From assembly GCF_000002075.1 (NCBI RefSeq), contig NW_004797336.1, positions 1,428,432 to 1,492,431 on the forward strand: 64,000 bases of DNA, given 5' to 3'. The notes beneath the pieces were generated by a model. That model was not told the DNA's origin, did not search any database, and worked only from the letters and a program-made list of their open reading frames with translations. Positions 15,101 through 30,100 of the stretch are shown piece after piece; the stretch's first letter is position 1, and each line of letters begins with the position of its first letter. Made by a program: the position numbers and the translations under genes. This stretch comes from Aplysia californica (Eukaryota).

Positions 15101-18100
15101 ATAAAGAGTTGCTAAAGGCCACCAACAATCGACAATTTTGCTTGGTCAAACTAAAAACCACCATGTCTCACCTGGCAGTGTGAGTGAACAATTGCTCAAT
15201 GATTGGTAAAAGTAGGCGGTCAGACACAGCCGACCAGCTGACATCATCACCTGACGTCTTATCTAGCTCATCACTATTTTTGAGGTTCTTGTAGGCTGCG
15301 CCTGGAAAAAAAAAGGAATAGAGTTATCAGTGCATGAAACGACAAAGAAAGACATTTTACGCATTAGAACTTGCAAAAAGGATATGTACAATTTTTTTTA
15401 TTGAAACAAAAGTCCGAATTTACCACATGACTCAGACCAATTCATTTTGAATATGGGAGAGAAAGGTGCTTAATAATAGCTATAATTAATTCTGACAATG
15501 TACCTGATTATCTCAAAGAATGATTCTATTCCTGTGGCGTCGGTGGCCTAGTGGTTAGGCTACCGGACTCGTAATCGTGAGGTTGCGGGTTCGGGGGTTC
15601 GAGCCGTGGGCCCGACGTGTCCTTGGGAAAGGCACTTTACACGAATTTTCCCCACTTCACCCAGGTGAAAATGGGTACCCAGCTATGGACAGTGAAAGAT
15701 CTTGTCAGTTTGTTAGGGTTTGAGCGCTTTACCAGCTGCTTGCACTGTATGCTTCCCGGGAAGCTGAGAATGTTTCTGAGTATTCTATGGTCTGCTGGGA
15801 TAATAATATAGTGTACAACGCATAGAGCCTGCTTTCAAGTGGGGACATGCGCTATACAAATGCTATTTATTATCATTATTATTATTATTATTCTATTCCT
15901 TATTACCAAAACTATCATCTTTTGGTCAACAGAATCTCAGGTAGCACAGTGCACACAATGAATCTTCCTTTTGTTTGATAAAACAAGAAAGAAGATTGAA
16001 AAAATAAAACATCTTGATGTTTTAAATAAAATTAACAATTTTACCATATTTATTTGAGGATGAAAGGGCAAAATACATTACAAAAGAAATGCGCAATTAA
16101 GAAGAACGGAGATCATACCAGCAACTAGATTTCCCGCAAGCTGTAGAAGGTCCTGATGAGTTGTGAGTTCAAGTCCTGCTTGAGATGATAGCATCAGGGA
16201 CATAACTATTGGCAGTGGCCCACCTCCACTGGCAGCTGTTAGTTCATCCATGCTGGACAGAAAATAGGAGCGTCACATGAAAACATGAAAGCTGCTAAAA
16301 GTGCATAAATCTAGCTATCTTTTCAAAAGCATAAAATTATTCGAGAGAGGGCAAATTTGTGTGTATACACACTTAGAATGACAATGGTCAAGATCAAAAC
16401 AATCCAAGATCTATCAACCCAGCTTTACATCAGACCTTTGATGACATTCAAAACTTTCCCAAAGTAGAATTATTTCCTCTCTATCTGAATCTTAAATTCT
16501 ACAATGAAAAGAGTGTGACCACCACTGATAAATACCACACACAACTGTAGGACAATTATAATAATTTCCTACCTGGATGCACTAAGTGAGCGACTTGGTG
16601 GACGGCGTATACCAAATCTTTCTTCACTTTCCTTAGGTACAATTGGCTTGGCAGGGCCGCAGCCCCATGAGGCAGCGTACTGGGTGACAAGGTACTCCTC
16701 TGACAAGCGGCACAGGGCATTGCAACAACCACTCTACAAAAACATGAGTAAGAAGACCTGGTGTCCACAACAAAATTCAAAACAGATCTACAGCACAATA
16801 TCTTATTGCTGTTGGAGTTAAAGGGAGAAAGTCAGAACAACAACAGTCATATTTCACCAGGAAAAAGAAGACCCAACAATCTGTAAACATCTATCAGAAA
16901 GCTGTCAACATTACAAAAATCTTTGCATCTGAAGGAACTCCACATGAAAAATGTCAAAATGTGATATAAACTAATGCAGAGGATGGGATGATGGGATGGG
17001 TAATTTAAGAGAGATAAAAATCTTTTAATTCATTCAAAGGCCAGCTCAAGTCATTTCTATTTTCAGGTTAAAGAAATATAAATAGATTTTTCGTCAGACT
17101 ACAATGTACTGTTTATGTGTCCCTGTTGTATTGGTGAAGCGCCCAGAGCCTGTGTTAATTAATCAGGGTTGAAGGCTACAAGTCATATATTATTATTAGC
17201 ATTAAGGTGCGACAGAGGGGTTGGGGGAAACAAAGAGGGCAGAAAAAGTTTAAAAGAGAAAAAACAAGGAACAAAAGAAATAAGAAGCGAGACAAGAGAA
17301 TGAAAAATTATGATTCTTTTGAAATCAGGAAGGGAAAAGTCAATGCCCCCATACACATACAATAGGAACTGAGACTCACAGTAATATATCGGGAATTGGA
17401 AACCAGCAGGTTATGTAGCAACATCTGCACAACACGGGACAATGCACTCTCTGTGGCTGGGCACACCTGAGCCAACTCATCATGTTTATACGGACCCACT
17501 AGTCCTTGTACTAAAGGTGGCAGCTGACCACTAAGCACTGGTGACATCATTGGAGTCAGAAGGTAACGAGTCTGGTCTGAAGCAACAGCTAGCACAGGAT
17601 CCTGCTGGGGGCTATCAGAAGCATAGAACAGCTTGGGAATGAGTCTGTGGAATGGACATAGAGAGTTTACTTTATTTTCCCAACCCAGTAGTCATCAAAG
17701 GTTGTGTCTTTCCGCTTAACGACATACAAGAACATGATGAACAGGTTCTCTAGCTGCATCGCAGATAGAATTAAGCAGAGATAGGAACAACTAAAACTTC
17801 TTCAACAATTGGAAACCTTTACTACATGGCAAATCTTTTCCTTAAGATGAAACAATGAAGAACACTGTCTTCACTCTATACTACACTGGAATATCTTGAG
17901 GGAAAGTAATTTACATTGTGGACAGCTTCACTGGATAAGGAAAACAAAGCATTACGAGTTACTCTGTGACCAGATTTATTCAGAAGAAAACAAATTTTTA
18001 AATTCTTTTGAAGAGCTACACTCATACCTTGAAAGACACTGAAGAAGTGAAAACATCCAAATTAGTATAATGTGCAATAAAACAATTTTGGAAACAACCC

Positions 18101-21100
18101 CTGCAAACTCACTTTCAACCCAAAGAGTCAACTAAAACAAATGAACAGATATAATCAAAACCTACACAGAGAATATAATATAAGAAAACCTCAGAGTCCA
18201 TCTAAAAAAGCAAAGGTTATCAAATGAGTCTTGTTCACACAGCCCTCATGATGATATCTACAGCATTGTGCTGATCATATTGTTTCCATCAGTTTCTATG
18301 AACACAGAACTTTTGAAACTTAAAGACCTTGAACGGACAAACAAAACTCAAGTATTCTCTCATTTATTCTCATAAAAGATATTTCACTTATATACCATTC
18401 CATTATCCACAGAAACCTACTTTCAACATAGACATGAATCACAGCCACGGGTTTAAGTACTTTTATCCTATGAGATCACAGACTTCATACCTCAGAAAAG
18501 CATTAGCTGCAGCAGTCCTCACACGAGCGTCTTCATCTCCTAAAAGAGGAAGCAAAATCTCCTGGATGCAGTGCTGCTGTAGACACATTTTCTGTAAACA
18601 GAAAAAAACCCAGCTTTTAGAGTCACCAAACTATCAACTGTACTTGCGACAAACAATATTCTGACACACTTGTCAATTTGCTTCAGCAATAAGAGGTGTC
18701 TAGTAAAGTTGACCTGATACTGTTTGAACTAGTTTCGTAATCATAATATTTTGCTGGTTAAGCAAATCATAACAAAACAACTCTCCACCCACAGTCATCT
18801 TTGTATCTCCCTTCCTTGAAGAGGTAAATCAACTGTGGATTTGAGCACAAGAAAATATTTTTTTAAATAAGAGAGGTCTGAGACATCATCCACCCCCAGT
18901 AATCACTTCCATCTAAGGACAAATACGAGACTGACCCCTAGGTAATTGTGCTCTCCTCTAGTGATGTCCGGTGAGATTGACTCCATGTAGCTGATCACTT
19001 TGAAGTTCAAACCAGCCATTAATTCAAGCAGTTCCACCTGAAAAGTACATGAAAGTATAAGTTTAGAAACGTCTATGTTGTTTACTTAAAACGTCATATC
19101 TTTTACAGACAATAATTGGTAAACTGAAACAAATATTCCACCTGTATTCCCAAATGTTTAACTAAAAATTAAACAATACATCGAAACCTACATCTTACTT
19201 TTACTTGATAACCAAAAGTGAAGTAATCTGAGTATAGTATACTTTGGAAAGGTGTTTATTTCACTACTTCTTCCTAAAAATAATGACTACAAACAGCAAC
19301 CTTAACATAAGACTGACCTAAATAAAATTCAAGAAATGTACTTTCAGGCAAGACACTTCTATTCCCTTAGACATAGCACAAAGAAATAAAGAGGGTATCA
19401 CCTAACTGAGGATAGAATACACAGTAAACTAATAGGCACATTATGAATGATCAAATTTGAAATACAGTAAAAATTACTCAGGAACAAAACTGCTGCCAAA
19501 GCTCTTCAAAATTTAGCATAAACCATTTTTTGGAAGACTATTGCATTGGAGCATATGCAAAAATCATTTGACTTTGTGTCCTTTCACCTGGTTTTGGCTC
19601 TACTACGTGTGTTTCGTACACATTGATATTGTAACGTCCAACGCTTTTCATTTTTTTAGAGTACTCAAACTTCCTAGACTTCAACTGATGATGAGGACCT
19701 AGATGAAACATTCAGTGTGAGGGTCTGAAGCCATACTTGCAGCACATAATGAGATACAGAAGCAAAAAGTCATTATGTGTGCTACAGATCAGCAAGACAA
19801 AAGGGAAACCTACAATAATTAAACTAATTTGTCATGTCTAACAATAATAATAGATAGCATTTGTATGGCGCAAATCCCCGCTCAATAGCAAGTTCTATGC
19901 GCTTCACAATCTATACTGTTACTCCAGCAGACCCGAGAGCATTCTGAAACAACCTCAACTTCCTGGGAAGCATACAGTGCAAGCAGCCATTTATAAGCGC
20001 TAAAACACTAACATACTGACAAGATCTGGGTGAAGTGAGGAAAATTTGTGTAAAGTGCCTTTCCCAAGGACACAATATCGGGCCCGCGGCTCGATCCCCC
20101 GAACCCGTAAACTCACAATTACAAGTCGGGTAGCCTAACCCTACGTCACAGACAGCACTATCCTGAGATCAATGGCAACATTACCTTAACAAGCCAATAA
20201 GGGTTGTTATGTATACAGAGAAGATCAAGCAGTATACTGAGGCCTAGACGGCCATGGCAGCTGTCCAGCAGGTGGGACAGACACATCTGCAAGGCCACCA
20301 GCCCAGCCCTCACAGCCACAGCTGACTCATCTCCCAAAATGTTCACAATGATGCGCAATAAATCCTCCAGAGACAGGACATCTGAGTGAAGAATCATTAA
20401 TGTATAATCAACAATAGCAAACCTCAATTTCAGTCCCTGAAATGAAACATTACTTCTTTAATTGGTAGAAGATGAAAACGTCACAGTGAGCGATGGAATG
20501 ATTAACCAATTTTACCAAAGAGCTTTTCACATCACAATTAACTATGGTAAACAAAGCCCAAATGTTCAAGAGCAGTGATAGAAGACTAACTAACACATAA
20601 AGAGAGATGACTTTATGAGAGTATTAATAATGTTAAAGAAACACTGCCTTTCCCCTTCTATTTACAGCTCCTTCATTTCTTCTTACACAACGTTTTTACA
20701 TAAAGGCACAAACAAGGAAAAATTATGACAAAGAAATGCTCTCAAAGTGAACAAATTATAAGCGATCAACATCTCAGGCAATACATAAAAAATTCAGGGT
20801 AACCCCATCATATAAAAATACTTAGTGAGGTTCTGACTTACTTTGTTCAGAAGGCAAATGTTCCATGACCCACTGGGAGAAGTCTGCTCGCCCCTCTAAT
20901 AACGCTGCACGGATAAAACTACCAAGGACCAGTGCTGTTTGACCTTTCAACTGGTGGTCTGAGTGTCCAGCATACAGTGTCAAATCTTGTAAGTTCTGGT
21001 CACTGCCTGCAGGGAGATAAAGGTAATATTGTTAGTTGCATCATGACCACATCAAGCAGGAAGGAAATCCACTTCTAGTGTCTTCATTGCTTCACGCAGC

Positions 21101-24100
21101 ACTTCTATGAGCAAAAGAAGAAAATTTCACAAGTCACAGGAGTTTGTTTTAAGTGTTAAAGAATCTTATGATAATTTACAAACATAATGATGATGAAGGA
21201 AGTAATGATCAATCTCAAAATTTCTACGAGGGGTATACCAGAGGTTTTTTACCTGACCATGAAGAAATAAAGGTAGAAAACTGAAATTTGGGGTGAAAGC
21301 CAAAAATCATCTTCCTAGAAAGTATATAAATTTCAGGGAATTTCCGATTACTGGTTAATACCAGCGCACTGTAGGTCAATTGGCGTATGTTGTTATCTAG
21401 TTTCAACATGAAAATGGAGAAAATTGAGCACAGGGCAGTAATGAAGTACTTGTTCTTGCAAGGCAAGCAACTACATAATATAATTTTTACGAGATGCATG
21501 TCATATAAGGAACTGATTGCCCATCCTACGCAGTGATAATACGTATTCATGGACATTGAAGATGACCACCGTGATGGTCGCCCAGCGACAGCAACAACAG
21601 AAGAGAAGGTATTGTTCTTGCTGTGGATCGTTAGTTGGTGCTCTGGTGTGGTTTGCTCCTTCTTTCCTATCAAACATCTATCGTCCTTATCTCCCCTTCT
21701 TCTTTTTTATGTTTGTTACTCTCTTGTAACACCTCTAATCTTCTGGCGCTCATCTGACCTTATGCAGTTGTGAGCACCGTAAAACCTCTACTAAAAGGAG
21801 AAAGTGTTGAAAATCAAAAGACTATAGTGTTGTCTGATGGGCGGGTGACAGTCGAACGTTTGAGAAAAGAAACTTGGATTAGAATTGGATCAGTTGAACG
21901 AATCTTAAATGAACATTTGAATGTGACCAAGGTTTCTGAAAGATGGGTCCCACATTTGTTAACTCCTCCTCATAAAGTGCAAGGAGTAAATTGTTGTCAA
22001 GAATTGCTTGGTCTGCATGAAAAAGGCTATTGATCCTTTACGGAATCACACGATCAGTGGAGACCATTATTCTAACCAGTTTTTTAAACTAGAGGCTATA
22101 AAAGAAAAACAGAGAGTAAAGATCCCAAAAGGCATTTTGCTGCTTCACGATAACACGCAAGCACACACCTCAAGAAACACTGCAGAAACTGCGAGAGAAA
22201 AGGGCAATGAAATTTTGCCACATCCACCCTATTCTCCAGATTCAGCCCTGTCAGACTATCTTTTATTCCCCAAACAGAAAAAGGATTTAAAAAGAAGCAA
22301 TTTGAAAGTGATGATGAGGTCAAAGAAGCGGCAGAGAGCTGGTTTTCTGACAAAGAGAGGGTCTTCTATTCTCAAGGTCTTTTCAAGGTCATACAAAGAC
22401 AGCAAAAATGTACAACTGTGGGAGGTGACTACACAAAGAAAGTTAAGGTTAGTACCAAATTTCAGCTTTCTACCTTTATTCCTTCATGGTCAGGTAAAAA
22501 TCTTTTGGTATGCCCCTCGTAAGTGCAGTTAGAAGTTTCTATTCTTGCATTTCAGAAAAATATGACTACACTTCTACGACCCACAACTGTATGTCAATCA
22601 CATCTCCATAAGTTTAAAGAAGAAGTGTCTTCCCAAATCAAAAGAAAAGAACGGGGCATCACATCACAGCATAAGAGGGTATTCTGAAACAAATCAGAAA
22701 AACTTATGACATTACCTGCTCCAGTAGCGGTAGGGCACACCTTGAAGAGAAAGAGTCTGGGACAGATGGCCACACTGTGGGCCACACAGCCCAAGGCCAG
22801 AGACTTGAGGCTGACCCGCACTTGCTTGTCGGACACCAGACCCTCCGGCACACCCGTCAGAAGGAATCTTTTGCAGAGCAGCCGAAGGTAGAACAACAGT
22901 GGAACTTCATCCTCCTTTAACGATTCTGGCTCTACCTCAATCTGTGCAGGTAAAAAGAGGATAAAACCATTGTAAGTTTGTACTGAAAAAAACCCCTGTA
23001 TTTCTCCGACTCAGTATCGATTTCAAAGAGAAGAAACAAAGCCAGGTATTCTTTATATTGAAAATATCTGTTCCTGTATCGATTATCATATATTTTACAT
23101 GGAGCAGAAAAACTGGCATCACATTTTAAAAGCATTATGTCATTAAATCATGTCTGATTTTTACATTAATTCCTTCCTATATCAGAATGAGAAGGGTTCC
23201 ACTTCATCCACTGCATCACCTGAAAAGATGATCAGATGTTAGCAAGATTTCATGTGGATTCACATCTTAACAAATACTGAGGTGTACCTTGCTATTAGCA
23301 ATGTCGTAAGTAAAAGGGAAAAAAATTGAATACAAATCTGTGACTCAGTTTACCTGTTGCACTGTGTCGCCAGTAGCAGGGTTCGGACTAGCAGGGACAC
23401 TTTCTTCCTCTTGCTCAACAGGTAACTGTGGATTCCCATTCATGTCGTGACTAGGCAATTGTAAAGGGCCTGGGTGTGGACTGAGGCTCCGTACACTCTG
23501 TAAAGTCTCTATACTATCGCTGTGGGAGATACCTGGAGTAAACAGAGAAGCAAAATACAGAGAACATGTTCAACATGACTGATGACTATAATCAATGTCT
23601 GTCAAATCAGATCACTATGGGTGGCAAAGTTAGACCTCAACTTAGTACACCACTCTAAAAGTGCAAGCAGTATATCATCATTTCCCAAACAAAACTGTTT
23701 ATTCTAAAAGTTACGGTTAAAGAGTTTAGGGCAACTATTCAGAAATCAGTCTTCTTTTTCCATATTACAAGACAAGCTCTCAACTCTCACCAAGCCCAAA
23801 GCTTGTGGAACAGTTGCACATTCCTTGACATCATGCACAAGTAAGTAATTACTTTCCTTATACAACCAAGTTACATACATGATGCAGCAGACAACTCTGA
23901 CCGCTCCTCGTTCAGGTCGCCAATCTCTACTCCTGAGTAGTCTGTGCCATCAGTGACCACGATCATCTCACCCTCATCGCCAATGACAATTTTGGTCAAC
24001 CCTGCACTAGCAGCTTCAACATCAGAGCTGTTGAGAGAAAGAAATACATTTTGAGAAAGGCTGAGCAATACAGCCAACACTAAAATTATAAATTCTATAA

Positions 24101-27100
24101 CCACAACAAAGGGAATGCGAAGTACACCGAATAATGAACACAGACTGAGTTCACCCAATAATGATTATAATAATTAGAAACATGTCTAAGGTTTTAAATG
24201 AAAAGAGACAAATTACAAACATTAGGCTGGGGTAAGACCCAAAATAAAATACAATCCAAAAACGTTTGGGAGTAATTTTGGCCTGCCTTTTACCCTCTCA
24301 AATTGTACAATCTACAAAATGTAGCTTATGGCATTGGCGATATATTGAGGAAAAGGATTTTGTTCTGTCAGGTACATAGTAAATCCATAAGAATACGAAG
24401 TGAAAAAATGCAGCAGTTTACCTCTGTTGACTTGTGAAAGACCCAGTGCCATAGTCTGAGGCAAAGGTTGAGTTGTCAGATCCCCCTGAAGCCACCGACT
24501 GTCCGCTGACATCACCAGGGTCATCATCCAGTCCCGACTCATCCACGGTCAAGGCCAGGTCAGTCACACCTGAAAAAAAAACAGATAAAAGGACTCGGTC
24601 TGCTTTTTGTGCACAGTTGAGTAGTACAATGACTAAACAATAACTATTGTGCAAAGAATTAAAAGAAAGATGAACAAAAACACAATAAGAAAAGTAAGGT
24701 TCTCTAAAGAAATTCACATCCTTAACATGGAGGGGAAAAAAAATGACATATCAGATGACACAAGAAGAGATGCAGGAAGGAAAGTCAAAGCGTGATAACA
24801 CACATATCTCACCAGTAGCAAGGATTTCACTTCTAGCAAGATTATTGTCTAAAACATTCCTGTGCACACGATATTTTGTATGTCTAACAAACGATTCAGA
24901 TGAGACATCAGTTACACTTCATATCATAAGACAATTTCACAAGTCTGCAAGACAATTTAAATTTAACATATATTTATTTTAATATGTGCATAAATTTTCA
25001 TAAGTGTATTCTACAAAAATTTAGAATATTTTGAAAGACAAAATTCTTTAGGACAAAAAAAAATGCTACCAATTAGAATAGAGAAAATTTATTTAGGTGA
25101 AATGCAATTTAATAACAAAACTCACTGTCTATTCTAGCTTGCTCCTCCTCATTAAAGTCTTGGGAAAAAATGAATGTTCTTGAAATGCTTCCCTTTTTCA
25201 GAAGCAGTCTCAACAATGCAGGAGGTGGTGTGCGCAGTAACTGCTGTAGAGACTCCAGGGAAGCTGTCACCACATTGTGATCACTGTGCCCAGTATAGTG
25301 AAGCAAAGCTTGCAAGATCTGATGAAACAAAAAAAAAAATTGGGACCTCATACCACCAACAAATAGACATAATTTCTTCATTGTTCAATATTACTTCTCG
25401 GATTTTCTAACAAATCTTTACTTGTAAAAACAAGGAAACCCACCTCTAAATTTGAAAAATGCACCGTACATCATACACTGAACTGCCATAAAAATCAATC
25501 CTAGTCACAGAGACTAAGTTCTAGAACGGGAACAAAGGCCCTACAATTAACGCCTGAAGTTCGTAAGTCCAAATAATCTTCTTAAAAAGAAAAGGATTCT
25601 ATACTGTACCCTTGCCAGTTCATCTACTCCAACAACAAATATCTGACAAGGGTGATAACCGTTTTTTACCTTTATAATTTGATCCACATGGATGGCTTGT
25701 TCTGCCTCTACCTCTCTGTACCCAAAGCTGTCTTTGAGCCCAAGGTCTTTATTGGTAGTGGGAGCTAGGTGAGGAATCGAATGACGCAGACACAGGATAA
25801 CCCCCAGCAGAGTTGGCACATCATGCTCAATATCCACTGGCAAAATCATTTCTAAAACAGATGATAGGAATAAATATTAATTTTTTTGGCACCTATACAA
25901 TGCAGGACTTAAAAATGAGTGTATCCACATCACTTTTTATGCTAAAACAAAAACACAGTGTACAAGCAAGCACTGGGTTTTGAATTGAGACGGGCTCATA
26001 GGATACTGATTGCTGTCGTTGTCTTGAATTCAACAAGAAAAGGATTCAAGGAACACTGCTTGCAAATTAAATTTCAGAAATACTTCAGAGCAGACAGCAC
26101 TCTTACAGGAAACATTGGACATTGTTTCTCATTTTGCAAACAAATCACACCTCTGATATCAGATAATTAGAAAATCTTACTGATAGGACAAATAAGTGTG
26201 TATCTCACTTACCCAGTAATACGCTGACCAAATAATTAAAGAAAGATAGAGGTGCCCTGGAATGTTGGCAGATGAGGGCTAAACTACTGGCTGACATCCG
26301 GCGACACACAGCTGAGGTTGCGCGTAGGGTGGGGAGAAACGATTTGAGCAAAGCCTGGAAAAACAGGAATAATGGATGTAAGGGCCATCCATACTCACAG
26401 GAAAGACAATCAGTATGTAGGGTACACGGTTTCATTATGAATAAAAGCCATAACTTCTAGACAACTTTTTTAATGCAAAAGATTGGAAAGGGAACTAACA
26501 AAAAGAGGGAGGTAAGAAAAGTGGAGAGGAAGGTGTCTAAAGTTAACATCCAATTCAGAACACACTATAAAAAATCTTCTTTAACACCAAGAGGTGATGT
26601 TTAAAGCAATCCTCATATTTGTTTTCTATAGGATATGGCTTCACACAAAGGTTAACTTGCAATGTTCAAAATTGCAAAGGAGAATTCTGAGCGGGAACAA
26701 AAAAAGGAAAATTTCTTTTTTCCAGTCTAGTAAATACCTTCACTTCTGTGTCATTGGCAAATGGCATTAAAGCGGAACAAATCTTAGGCATGGCAGATGA
26801 GAGGGTCTCCTGTACAGCTTCTTCTTCTCGTCGACAAATGCGAGCAACGCACGGGAGTAAATTCACAATGTAAGGTCTGAGGAATGCAAATTAAATCAAG
26901 TGATTGAATTTGTACATGAAGATCCATTTTTTGACTTTAATGTATCAATCTTTCTGTGCAACATATGGCTATTCATACCTGTATAATATAGCGTATGAAA
27001 CATAATGACCTTCAACATAAAAAAAGTACAAATAAATTTCAAAAAGTCCACATTTAGTATTCTTCCCTTTCCCAAGATAAAAAAACATCATTTCAAACAA

Positions 27101-30100
27101 AAGAGAATCCAAATCCTGTTGTGCATAACACCCTTGACTCTCTTTACCCGGGCTGCGAGTATACCCTTAGCGAGGACCAGTCCGGGCTACGAGTAAACTC
27201 GGAACAGCGATACGGTCACGTCAACAGCTACCTCTGCTTGTAATGACCAAAATACCCAAATACGGCGATGCTAGTTCTGTCTGAATATTTAAATTTTCCA
27301 ATGAACAGCGGTTTCTTGGTTTTTGATGGGTGTAGAAGCTTGAAAGATGCCTCGAATATGTACGTTCACGATCGACAAAGTACTTTTTGAAGTGGCGCTG
27401 GGTTGTGAGGGGGAATGAGACTAATTTGATGAAAGTGACTCCAAATCAAGTGCCATAAATTCCGTTGTGGATGATAATAAACAGGAATTAGACTCATCTA
27501 ATAGCGATTCAGATCACGGTGAAGATGACAGTGCTGGAATTCGTGCAATATAGATGAGTAGGGCTAGATCTATAAATCCAAGGGGACAATGTGGGCGCAG
27601 CAATCAGAGTCAAGTTGGGAGGATGGAATATACCTCAAAATCTACATGATGCAATTGGTGTAATTCCTAACCACATACATTTACAAAAACTACATTCAAT
27701 TTCTAACATAACTGCCAAATTTCCTTAAGACATAACGGTCAATGTAAGAAATACAGCACTTTGACATATACACACTGAATTTCAACTCATGTAGCGTGGC
27801 AGCCCCAGGACGGGATACAGAGTCCGTGGGGGTACGGCCATGATAACAAGTTTAAAAATTACAATGTGAAAAAACTTCCAACTCTCAACTTACCTGCATT
27901 TCTGTGGTCTGATGAGATGACACATGTCAGCAAACCGCCACAGAGCAGCTCTGAGAGACCGGGATGGACCATTCTTCTTTAGTTCCTTGTACAGCTCTAC
28001 TTGCAAACGGCCTAGATTGGTCTCAAGCAAAACCTGAGGGTATCATAAGTGACCATTCATCATCATCATCATCATCCAGTGCCAGATCTGCGACAGACAT
28101 CGGCAATCATGGTTCTCCATTCATTCCTTTGCTCGGATGCTCTAAAAAAAAGTTACGTTTCCCTGATCCTCTCCTGCCACCCATTTGTTTAGGTTCCCTA
28201 AGTATGTTGTTCTGGGCCTTCCCCTGCCTCGCTTGCCCTCGCTTGACCATTCATACAAAAATATAACTATCTCATGGAAAATAAAAACAATTGCTTTTTG
28301 AGGATTGTTTTAATCTTTTGAATATAAGACACAAAGCGCAAGCAGTCTATTTAGAATGTGATTTTCAGGGCCAGTGCAATCAACAAAATCGCAGTCAAAT
28401 AGACCAATTTTTGAGGCAGCGTGGTGAAATCAGGCGCTCGTCAAAATAATGATATTGAAGAAACTGGCATTTTTCTGCTGGTGAGGCAATTTTTATTGAA
28501 TTTTTTTTTTTGGCTTAACGTCTTTAATAATGTTTATTTCAAAATATATTTCAGTGAGATTTTACTGGAAAAACATTGATTAAAGGCACATAAAATGCAA
28601 ATTTGCAGTTATCAAAGACTCTCAGGCTTTGAAAGTCATCAAACTTTGTCAGCCATTTTATTGCTAGTTTTATCTCTGAAACCAGGTGACCCCCACCTCT
28701 TTCAGCCCAAAATATTTTGACTTCCATTGAAGACAGATGAGAAATTCTTATTATCAAAATCAAGACAAATGAACAAGCTTTAAGATGATACCAATAACTC
28801 CATATGTCCAAAAATTGACCTGTTTTCACAGCGTCGTGACACATTTCATATCTATCTTGAACTCTAAACTCAGGGTCTTATGTTTTGTTCAAGATTTACA
28901 CAATCAAGTGAAAAGATGGTGATGTGGTATAGGACCAACAATATCGAAAAGAACAAACAATGATAAAGCTGTTAAAAACAAAGGGGAGAAAAGAAAGGGA
29001 GTCACACACCACGAAAGGAATCTGTTACAAATAAATTGTCATTATCACAATTTTCTGGTAACCATTCAACTCAACAAACTGGCCATAAACACTAACAGAG
29101 TACAGCCATACAGAAGACATAGAGATAAACCCTGCACTGAGTTAGACAGACAGCAAAAAAATGAAGGTGTGCTTGTAAAGGAATTATCTAACAACAAAAA
29201 TCAAACCAAACATGTTTAGCAATTCGTTTGTCTGTTTTCCTAAGTCCAAAGAGCAAGCCAATAAGGAGATTTTTATGTAGTTCCATTCACCTTTCAGCAC
29301 GGCCGCACTCATATCTATCATATAAAAAATCAGAACAGTCCCTCACCTTGATAGTTCTATTGAGGCATTCATCTGCAACCATTCTTACGTCAGCCTCAGG
29401 GTCATCACACAGTGCTAGAAATGCCTCCATAGCAATGCCCAGGAACTTAGGGAAGTCAGCCACACCCCTGGAAGGATTTAAACGAATCAAGTACACGCGC
29501 TTTCGTTGTTGTCATCATTGTTATTCGACGTAAAGTGGTTAAAAGATACTTTGAAGTATTTCAAAAGAGAACATCAGAAAGCAGTCGTTAATCAATAGCC
29601 CTTAGAGTACCTCTAGTCTTCCATTTTACTGCTTCATAACAACAATAAAAAAATTATTCATTGGTACCAAGTGATTCCGTAAAGAATAAATAGCCTCTAT
29701 CTAAAGCATGCATTTTGTCCATGTGTCCATCAAAGTGCTTTTATACAATGACATTGTCTGCAAACATATCATCTCTCATCATAATATGATCATACAAAGA
29801 GCTTAAAAAATCTGTTAGATTAAACTAGCTTGAAAACAGAATAAGAAACAAAAGCTTACCTCATGTTAGGGGCACACATGCAGTCAGCGACTACATTGCA
29901 GTGAAGAATTTTGTCCTTCTTTGTTGGCACATTCTGATCCTTTTTCCTGTGGTAAAGAAACAAATAGAGATAGCCCTTGAGTTCAATAAATCAATATCAA
30001 TAATGCAACATAAAAATGTCAAAACAGGTAAATAAATGTGAAAGTTGTCTGAAAATTCATAAACTTACTATATTTGAAAATTTTTTAATGGGCAAAGATT

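Noticed and set aside
15534-15615. tRNA-like sequences (also about 13500, 41660, 46535, 48332, 49640, 55495, 56970)
   Set aside because: Acceptor stems are poor and they continue into SINE bodies or sit inside TEs; they are tRNA-derived heads, not tRNA genes.
23165-23219. Exon-like segment between HTT exons 11 and 12
   Set aside because: Stop codon in the required phase, length not a multiple of three, and exons 11 and 12 already join in frame. A poison exon is not excluded but is unsupported.
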